Source: a virus
IMG/VR virus record: IMGVR_UViG_3300036795_000143
Location: 15,279 to 79,278 of that record
Direction: 5' to 3' (one strand)
DNA: 64,000 nt
The position numbers and the translations under genes were made by a program. Shown in pieces: positions 57,411 through 64,000 of the stretch (its first letter is position 1; every line of letters begins with the position of its first letter). Below the pieces are notes generated by a model that was given only the letters and a program-made list of their open reading frames with translations, had not been told where the DNA came from and searched no databases.

Positions 57411-57555
57411 TTATCTTTCCTGTCCCGGTAGTTAGCGCGGTTGTCCCACACTTTGTTCATGTCGTGGCGGGCGCGGCTGGATTCAGCGGACGATCGGCCG
57501 ACTTGGAATCCACCCGCCGCACCGATAGCGAGCACAATAAGGATCGCCTCTATGG

Positions 57556-57759
57556 TCACGGGGTCCAAGCCTCCTTTGCTGTGGTCCCTTCGCTTTCGCT
57601 TAGCCAGGTTTCAACAACGCTGCGGCGATAGCGGACGCTGCCGCCGAGTCGGAAACTCCTTGGCCCGACTTGGCGGTGGCGCCATTGCCTAAGCGTGGTT
57701 AGCGGTATGCGAAGGATCTCTGCGACTTCAGGTGGGGTAAGTAATTCGTCGTCGGTCAT
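57556..57759 (-). CDS. Excisionase-like HTH protein
   Basis: LLTPPEVAEILRIP..TLRQWR....GP....G..VRYRR. Confidence 0.85.
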   Translation of the reverse strand: MTDDELLTPPEVAEILRIPLTTLRQWRHRQVGPRSFRLGGSVRYRRSVVETWLSESEGTTAKEAWTP

Positions 57760-57770
57760 GACGCGACGTT

Positions 57771-58940
57771 TCAGTCATGGGGCGGTTCCTCAGCCGCTTC
57801 GGGGTGCGTGACGCCGAGTTCAGCGAGGGTGTGAATGAGGTCGCCGTCGTCTTTGTGGCGCTGGAGGAAATCGTTAATGGTGGTGACTTCGCTGGCGGTG
57901 AGCTGGTCGAAACTGGTGACCGGTGTCGCGGGGGGCATGTTGAGGATCCGACTGACAATGCGCAGCCGCATCGCGCGGTCAGATCCGTTGACCCCACCGT
58001 CGCGCAGCAACGCGAACAGGCGGTTGCGCTGGGTTTTCTCGGCGGGGCCGCTGTCGCCGCCCACGGACTCGTCGACCACGCACACGTTCACCGCTGGTTC
58101 AGCTGCTTTTGCCGGCGGCTCGGCCAGTAGTGCTGTGACCCGTTCGCCGGCCGCCGCGATGCGCTCCAGCAGCTTGGTGTCGTTGGCTCGCAGTCCGCGA
58201 GCGAGCTTCCACACCTCGGTGAGCGCGGCCTTGTCCTGGCGGGCCTCGGCGTTTTTGATCATCAGGTCCCAGTCCGGCTCTTGGTCCTCCTGTCGCTGCG
58301 GTGAGTCGATGACCATCGGGCGTTCCGGGTTTTCGAGGTGCGCCATCTCGTCGTCGGTGTAGACGTTGGACAAGTCCTGCGGGAACAGCCGGCGTCGGGC
58401 TAACGCTTCAGCGCATTTCGCGAGCTGACCGGCGGCTTTCGTCCGCCACATCTGGTTCGGCTCGCCGTCGAATTTGGTTTGGACGTACTCGCGGTAATGC
58501 GCAACACCCCGGACGGGGTTGTCTTGGTCTACCCGTCGGACAGTGAACCGGGCGGCGACGGGTGGGTTGTCGTCGTCAGCCCACATCTCTTTCCACACAC
58601 CATCGGGTCCGCACCATTCAGCGGCGGGGTCACCTTCACCGGCGTAACGATTGTCCCGTTCACAAAACAAACGGAAACCATCAATGCCGGTTTGAATGGT
58701 CCACTTTTTGCCAGTGGGCGAGTCTCGGTCGCGGCGGCCGATGAGGTAAATCTGTCGAGCGAATGGGTCCAAACCGGTGCGCTGACAGACGTGCAAGAAC
58801 ACTTGCTGATCACCGATGGGAGCTTCGGTGATACCGATCTGGTCGAGTGCAGCGCGCTGTACTGGTGTCCAGTCGATCTGGTCACCACGGAGTGCGAGGG
58901 TGCCTTGGCCACCTTGGGTGGTGGCCACTTCGGTGCTCAC
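57771..58940 (-). CDS. Single-strand annealing recombinase (Bet/RecT family)
   Basis: GLDPFARQIY, IQTGIDGFR, QLAKCAEALA.RR.FP, YT.DEM. Confidence 0.9.
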   Translation of the reverse strand: MSTEVATTQGGQGTLALRGDQIDWTPVQRAALDQIGITEAPIGDQQVFLHVCQRTGLDPFARQIYLIGRRDRDSPTGKKWTIQTGIDGFRLFCERDNRYAGEGDPAAEWCGPDGVWKEMWADDDNPPVAARFTVRRVDQDNPVRGVAHYREYVQTKFDGEPNQMWRTKAAGQLAKCAEALARRRLFPQDLSNVYTDDEMAHLENPERPMVIDSPQRQEDQEPDWDLMIKNAEARQDKAALTEVWKLARGLRANDTKLLERIAAAGERVTALLAEPPAKAAEPAVNVCVVDESVGGDSGPAEKTQRNRLFALLRDGGVNGSDRAMRLRIVSRILNMPPATPVTSFDQLTASEVTTINDFLQRHKDDGDLIHTLAELGVTHPEAAEEPPHD

Positions 58941-59941
58941 GCGTTCTCCCAGCCTTTCACAATACGCAGGTGGCGGTGTGTACCGCGTTTGATGTAGTCA
59001 GCCCAGATCTCTGGGTGGTCGAATTCCAGCGCGGGTAACACAGTCGTCACGCTGTTTTTCTGCGTTTTCAGCGTCATCACCGGTCGGTCGCCGACGAGCA
59101 AGGATTCGGCGTCCCCGATCATCACCTTCAAGGCTTGGTCGATTTCCTTCTTCCGCTTGGCGGCTTCGGTTTCGAATTTGAGTACCTCAGCGCGTTCGGC
59201 CAGCATCGCCCGTAGGTATGCGGGCCATTCCGCTGCCTTGGTGGCGCCTGGTTCCTCCGTGGGCCAGCGCAACGCGATCTCTTCGTCGGTGATCGTGTCG
59301 AGGTCCACGGGTGGTGGTTCGTCACCGATAACGTGCGTGTCCCACCAGTTCGACACTCGTTTCCGCATCCGGTCAATCAGCGCGTCGTCTCGTTCGATGG
59401 GTCCACGGATCATGGGTTCCTGGTCGATGGCGTACGCACAAAGCCATAGGTGCGTGCGGCCGGTGATGAGCAGCTGCCATTGACCTTGGACATAGGCGTG
59501 ACGTGACATCCCACCGTCGCGCCATTCTGCGTTAACGTGAGCCCACGTGCCGATGGTTTTGACTTCTAAGCAACCGCCGTCGTCGGTGAGCCGGTCGGGG
59601 GTGGCCCGCAGGATCGGGGACTCCCGGTGCGCAACAAGCCCGCACCGTCGAACAGCGAGCTTCGTTTCGTCAGCGAAATAGCCGACAACGTGTGGTTCCA
59701 ACCAATTGCCGCGACGCATCGCCTCGGTTTGTGCTTTGTGTTCAGCGCGCCCCGTTTTGTCCAACCACAGCTCGTACTCGGTGCCGTAGGCCGATACCCC
59801 CATGAGCAGGGGAATATCAGATCCGCCGATGCCACGGCGCCGTTCTTCGAGCCACTGATCACGGGGTGCGTCAGCGGGTAGGACCAGTTGGCCATCTGGC
59901 ATGGCCCACGGGTTGACGGGCTTGACCTTGGGTGCGCTCAT
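58937..59941 (-). CDS. YqaJ/lambda-exonuclease-like recombination nuclease
   Basis: WLEERRRGIGGSD, LWLDKTG, G..LEP, ATPDR, LEVKT, Q.QWQL. Confidence 0.92.
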   Translation of the reverse strand: MSAPKVKPVNPWAMPDGQLVLPADAPRDQWLEERRRGIGGSDIPLLMGVSAYGTEYELWLDKTGRAEHKAQTEAMRRGNWLEPHVVGYFADETKLAVRRCGLVAHRESPILRATPDRLTDDGGCLEVKTIGTWAHVNAEWRDGGMSRHAYVQGQWQLLITGRTHLWLCAYAIDQEPMIRGPIERDDALIDRMRKRVSNWWDTHVIGDEPPPVDLDTITDEEIALRWPTEEPGATKAAEWPAYLRAMLAERAEVLKFETEAAKRKKEIDQALKVMIGDAESLLVGDRPVMTLKTQKNSVTTVLPALEFDHPEIWADYIKRGTHRHLRIVKGWENA

Positions 59942-60381
59942 GACGGCGGCTCGCCCATGATCACGTTGAGGCTGACCGCGACGATCTCCAGGACCGCGCA
60001 GACGTTTTCGGTGAACTCCTCGTCGGTAGCAATGGAATTGAATAGCGCCGCGCAGGCGTCTTCGTCGTTGGCTGCCCTCGCGGCGATGAAGCGTCCCGCC
60101 CACCGGATCGGTGGTGGCACGTCATCAGCGAGAGAGGTAGTGCCGGTGGCGGTGTCGACCCACATCGGGAGGACCACTGCGTCGGGCTGTGGTGGTGTAC
60201 CGCCTTGGTGGCGCAGCAGGGTGTCGGACAGGGCAAGGAGCAGTAGTTGGATGCCTTCACCTGGGTAGGAGTCGTGCAGCTCCTGGACGGCGTCGCTGGC
60301 TTGGGGCCAGTCGTCGACTCGGGCGCAGACCAGTGCTTTCGCGGCGACTTCCAGCGCAGCCGTGCGTTGCTCGACGTTCAT
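59938..60381 (-). CDS. Hypothetical protein
   Basis: Coupled to the exonuclease gene. Confidence 0.6.
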   Translation of the reverse strand: MNVEQRTAALEVAAKALVCARVDDWPQASDAVQELHDSYPGEGIQLLLLALSDTLLRHQGGTPPQPDAVVLPMWVDTATGTTSLADDVPPPIRWAGRFIAARAANDEDACAALFNSIATDEEFTENVCAVLEIVAVSLNVIMGEPPS

Positions 60382-60609
60382 GCCGCACCGCCACCGTGAA
60401 TCATCCGGAGAACACCTGGGCTGCGGCCACTGCCGCTGCCCTTAGGTCCGTCCAGATCCGGTGGACAAAGCCGGGGCCACGGTGGTGCCGACCTCGACTG
60501 CGGGCGCCGGCCCGGAGGGCTTTGCGGCCTTCCCGGACGAGGAGTTCGTTGACGGCCATCAGGCCACGTTTCGGTACGCGCCGTTTGATGACGATAGGTG
60601 ATTTGACTT

Positions 60610-61449
60610 TCACGCTGCATTACCCCATTCAGGCAAGCGGTTAGTCTGGCGCCGCTTGTTATGCAAATTCACAAGGATCTCGGCCATCGCGTCGGGAATG
60701 AGCCCACCGCGAATGTCTCGTAACTGCTTTGCTTTGCCGATCAGCCCGAGTGGACCGCCTTCCAGCTTTGCTAGTTCGGTGACCAGCTTCGGGGTGTCCA
60801 GTTGCGGGTATTTACGCAACAGCGCACCCAAACCGGAGACGATCTCAGCGCGGAGACCATCCGATTCGTGACCCCACGCGTGCGTCGCGACCCGCAGTAA
60901 AGCATCACAAGTGTCGACATCAGCACCGGGGGGCTTGTTGTAAACCTTCTCCAGCGCACTGACCGCGAAGAATGAACCTTGCGCCTTGGCTTTCCGGATG
61001 GTCCAACCGTGAGATTCGAGCAGTTCGTTCAGCTTGCAGGCCACCATATCGCCCTCAACAATACGAACCCGGAACCGGTCCAAAACTTGGACTTGCCTCG
61101 TATTGTTAAGTCGACGGAACATTGCTGCTTCCTCAGCTCTGGTCAAACCTTTCCAGAGTACGCAATTCACCGGTGTTTTGTCTCTACCGATGACTCGCAT
61201 AGCCGCTATGCGATGTTGTCCGTCAATGATGTGGTGTGTTCCATCGGCGCGTTCGCTGACGGTGATCACACCCAATGATTCGGGTTCGAAATCGGCCGCG
61301 ATTTGCGCTACCCGGACACCGTCAAGAGGTCGTTGCACTGTCTGGTCGACCGTCAGCAGCACCGGTTCGATTTCCATCACGACAAACGTTGCCGCTGGAT
61401 TTTTCGACAGTAGTCTCGGCGGTGGCTTTGTCGCCGTCATCGTAGTCAT
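60610..61449 (-). CDS. ParB/Srx-fold protein (DUF6551-like)
   Basis: VD..VQRPL, LGVITVS.R, IIDGQHR, EEA..F...N. Confidence 0.8.
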   Translation of the reverse strand: MTTMTATKPPPRLLSKNPAATFVVMEIEPVLLTVDQTVQRPLDGVRVAQIAADFEPESLGVITVSERADGTHHIIDGQHRIAAMRVIGRDKTPVNCVLWKGLTRAEEAAMFRRLNNTRQVQVLDRFRVRIVEGDMVACKLNELLESHGWTIRKAKAQGSFFAVSALEKVYNKPPGADVDTCDALLRVATHAWGHESDGLRAEIVSGLGALLRKYPQLDTPKLVTELAKLEGGPLGLIGKAKQLRDIRGGLIPDAMAEILVNLHNKRRQTNRLPEWGNAA

Positions 61450-62315
61450 CCGCTACGCTCCTTGAGCATGACTTGAAGTTGTCTGATTGTTTTTGCGCGT
61501 CGAGACAGGTCGCTCCTCCACTGGGCGGCCTGTTTCGGTGTCAGGGTCGGATCAAGACCCTCTGCGCCGGTGAGGACCATCGCTAAGCCGTCGAGCGAGT
61601 CGATAAGGACCCGCAGCGTGGCCTCTTGCACGTAGCGGTAGCGCGCTTCGCGTCTAGTAATAGACGGGGCACTACTGGCTGCCGCTTCGCCGAATACGCC
61701 AGCCGGGCTACCCAACGCGCGTGCGTCGGCGCCCTCTTTAACGCGAGCGACGAAAGCGTCCTGCTCTTCCGGTGGCAGTAATGCAATGCGCCCGGCGGTG
61801 GTGAGTTGCACACCTTCGGTCGCAGTGAGTTCTTTCAACCCTGGGGTACCGCACCGGACCACTCGCTTAGCGCGGTCCAGGGAACCGATGCTCACCCCGA
61901 GGAGTCGTTCGGCTTGTTTGCGGGTGGGCGGTAAATGCACCCGATCCGATGCTGAATTTGAGGTGCGGCCTTTGGGTCGGTCCGCGAGTTCAGCGGCGAT
62001 CATCGCCCGCTGGGAGTGGGTGAGCTTCCGGCGTGGCAGGTTCGCCCCGATGGCGAATACCCACGGGTCACCCCGGTGCACGACGAACCGTGGCTCTACC
62101 CCGGCTTCCTCGCAGGCCCGTAGTCGGTTGCGACCGTCAAGCAGTGACCCTGCGGGGGTCCGCACGATCGGTTGCCGTAGCCCGTTTTTGCGGATGTCGG
62201 CGACCAGCGCGGCGTACTCGTCGGGGTCCATCAGGGGGAACAGCTCGGCCGCTGGGTGCACCCCAAGCACCCCGAGGCCGCCAGCCGACGGCGGCGCCGT
62301 CATCGTCGTTGTCAT
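61446..62315 (-). CDS. ParB N-terminal-domain protein with HTH
   Basis: HPAAELFPLM, DIRKNGLRQPI, LLDGRNRLRAC, NL.RR.LT.SQRA, A..LGVS. Confidence 0.85.
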   Translation of the reverse strand: MTTTMTAPPSAGGLGVLGVHPAAELFPLMDPDEYAALVADIRKNGLRQPIVRTPAGSLLDGRNRLRACEEAGVEPRFVVHRGDPWVFAIGANLPRRKLTHSQRAMIAAELADRPKGRTSNSASDRVHLPPTRKQAERLLGVSIGSLDRAKRVVRCGTPGLKELTATEGVQLTTAGRIALLPPEEQDAFVARVKEGADARALGSPAGVFGEAAASSAPSITRREARYRYVQEATLRVLIDSLDGLAMVLTGAEGLDPTLTPKQAAQWRSDLSRRAKTIRQLQVMLKERSG

Positions 62316-62602
62316 CAGACGGCCCGCCAGATGAGGTAGGCCAGAGCACCGACCGCGAGCGTCGCGCCCACGCCGATAAGCAGGCACGCGAGGAGCACCG
62401 TGACGGCGTCGAGCACCAGGGCCAACGCGAAACCCAGCGCGATACCCAGGCCGATGGTCGCGGCGATCAGCGCCAAGCCAGCCGCGACCGGTGGCCCTAC
62501 CCGGATGTCAGGTAGTTCCAGCTCCAGCATCGGACCGACGTCACGTACCCACTGGTCGAAACGGGGATCGTCGTCGGGCGGGATTTGAGCCCGAGTTGGC
62601 AT
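62315..62602 (-). CDS. Membrane protein
   Basis: Two TM helices. Confidence 0.6.
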   Translation of the reverse strand: MPTRAQIPPDDDPRFDQWVRDVGPMLELELPDIRVGPPVAAGLALIAATIGLGIALGFALALVLDAVTVLLACLLIGVGATLAVGALAYLIWRAV

Positions 62603-63018
62603 CAGGCACCACCTGTTGCGGCGACCGCCCGGAGGTGCGCAGCGGTGGTGGTCCAGATGACTGCTTCGTCGAGGGGCCGGGCGTTGATGGCCCGCAGGAA
62701 CGCGCGCCGGGCACCGTTTAAGACGGTGGCGGTGACGGTGACCGCCAAGTCGTTGGTCGTTCCGGACACCGTGAGGCGGGTGGCGATCCCGTTGTCTAGG
62801 TCGGTTACTTCGATGCTCGGTTCGGTCAGTGCGTCAGCGACGTCCGCTGCGGTGATCAGTGCGGTAAAGCCATCGGTTGCGCATGAGGTCATATCGACCT
62901 CGGATTCGTCGGCGAACTCGATGTAGTCGATGGGGATGTGGGGGTGGTCGACGAGCCAGGTCCGGAGGTCCTCAACGGCCTTGCGGAAGCTGGTCGCGGT
63001 CGCGGTCGCGGTGGGCAT
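62602..63018 (-). CDS. Hypothetical protein
   Basis: Coupled ORF. Confidence 0.6.
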   Translation of the reverse strand: MPTATATATSFRKAVEDLRTWLVDHPHIPIDYIEFADESEVDMTSCATDGFTALITAADVADALTEPSIEVTDLDNGIATRLTVSGTTNDLAVTVTATVLNGARRAFLRAINARPLDEAVIWTTTAAHLRAVAATGGA

Positions 63019-63023
63019 CGCGG

Positions 63024-63314
63024 TTACCCGGCCAACGCTTTGACGACGCGAGGGCGGTCAGCACCGCCGCTTCGAGAAGTTTTCGCGGTTTTCGCGCGAA
63101 TCTCGCGGCGTCTGGCTGCTTCTACGCGCTGCCGGGCGAGGTAGTCATCGATCTCTTCGGGTTCGATCCAGGACTTCCCGCCGTGCCTGATCGCCGCGAG
63201 TCGGCCATCTACGATCATGCGGTAGATCGAGTTCTCTGAGAGCTTCAGAGCAATCGCAGCAGCTGGGACGGTCATCAGCCCTGCAAGCGGGTCGTATGTG
63301 GGGGCGTCGTTCAT
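63024..63314 (-). CDS. Excisionase/Cro-like HTH protein
   Basis: MTVPAAA..LKLS..SIYRMI..G.L.A...G...I....IDDYL. Confidence 0.8.
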   Translation of the reverse strand: MNDAPTYDPLAGLMTVPAAAIALKLSENSIYRMIVDGRLAAIRHGGKSWIEPEEIDDYLARQRVEAARRREIRAKTAKTSRSGGADRPRVVKALAG

Positions 63315-63590
63315 GACGCGGTGGTCCTCCCTCTGTCTAGGCGCTGCCAGGCACCGGTAGGCGAGGGGAACTGCACCCGGGGGGGTCCGCTGCGCGTGCG
63401 CTTGCGGGTGTTGGCGGTCACTCCCGGTGGACTTCTGTAACGCTCCGTGTCTGGCAGCGATGGAGAGATCGTCGCGGAACGGCGCGTCGTTCGTCAAGTT
63501 TTCTCGAAAACTGTGTTATACGCGAGATTTTCGCGCAGTCAGTGGTGGTGTGTGAGAATCTCTGACACCTAGCGAGAAGTGAGGGGTGCC

Positions 63591-63968
63591 ATGGCAGCCG
63601 ATGCCGTGCGAAAGCTCATCAACAAGCACGCCCCCAGGCGCAGCCTGAGGGAGGTAGCCGCGAAGTCCGGTGGTCTGGTGACAGAAGCTCAGCTGCGGCT
63701 CTGGACCAACCCGTGCGGGGAGCCGAAGTCCCTGCCTAAAATCGACGTGGTTTGCGGGCTCGCCACCGCGCTGGGATGCCCGCAGGATGAAAGCCTCCGG
63801 GCGTTCGTCCTTGTAGTGGACGAAGGAGCCCTGTTCGACACCACGCTGCTCGCGCCTGAGCTAAACGACGACGAACGCCGGCTGCTCCAGCTCTACTGGC
63901 GCATCGACAACCCGCGCGACAAGGCTCGCGCCATCGCAGCCGTGGAGATCTTCAGTACTGCACCCTGA
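63591..63968 (+). CDS. Immunity repressor-like XRE HTH protein
   Basis: SLREVAAKSG......L..W....LP......LA.ALG; divergent from the xis/cro-like gene. Confidence 0.65.
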   Translation: MAADAVRKLINKHAPRRSLREVAAKSGGLVTEAQLRLWTNPCGEPKSLPKIDVVCGLATALGCPQDESLRAFVLVVDEGALFDTTLLAPELNDDERRLLQLYWRIDNPRDKARAIAAVEIFSTAP

Positions 63969-64000
63969 TGCGGTGACCACACCTGGTCACCCGGCGGCTG

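Overview
The window is about 64 kb of a high-GC, temperate siphovirus-type actinobacteriophage or prophage. (1) 1-23.7 kb, minus strand: a complete HK97-type morphogenesis operon (terminase small and large subunits, portal, prohead protease, capsid, head-tail, major tail, frameshifted tail chaperone, short tape measure, minor tail proteins, two 20-aa-repeat fibre-like proteins, a permuted NlpC/P60 hydrolase). A tRNA-Gln lies antisense inside it. (2) 23.8-31.5 kb: small accessory genes, tRNA-Glu and a multi-zinc-ribbon HNH gene, ending at a strand-skew flip and TG-rich tract (about 31.5-31.9 kb) that may be the packaging or end site. (3) 32-42.4 kb: a compositionally distinct plus-strand block resembling an early or host-takeover region. 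It holds a divergent stand-alone RuvB, a DUF932 gene, an approximately 570-nt highly base-paired non-coding segment, tRNA-like mini-elements and seven copies of a conserved, covarying hairpin of about 60 nt placed at gene boundaries. (4) 42.4-63.3 kb, minus strand: replication, recombination and regulatory genes (HNH, Lsr2, SPFH, AAA+, RuvC-like, DNA methyltransferase, truncated Rep with iteron-like repeats, VWA, Bet/RecT, YqaJ, two ParB-like, Xis-like HTHs), with ten copies of the palindrome AAAGCATGCTT between 42.05 and 47.2 kb. (5) A divergent repressor-like gene at the right end. The best candidates for an undescribed system are the hairpin-punctuated gene array and the large structured RNA at its head. 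All calls come from reading the sequence by eye; no database searches were run.
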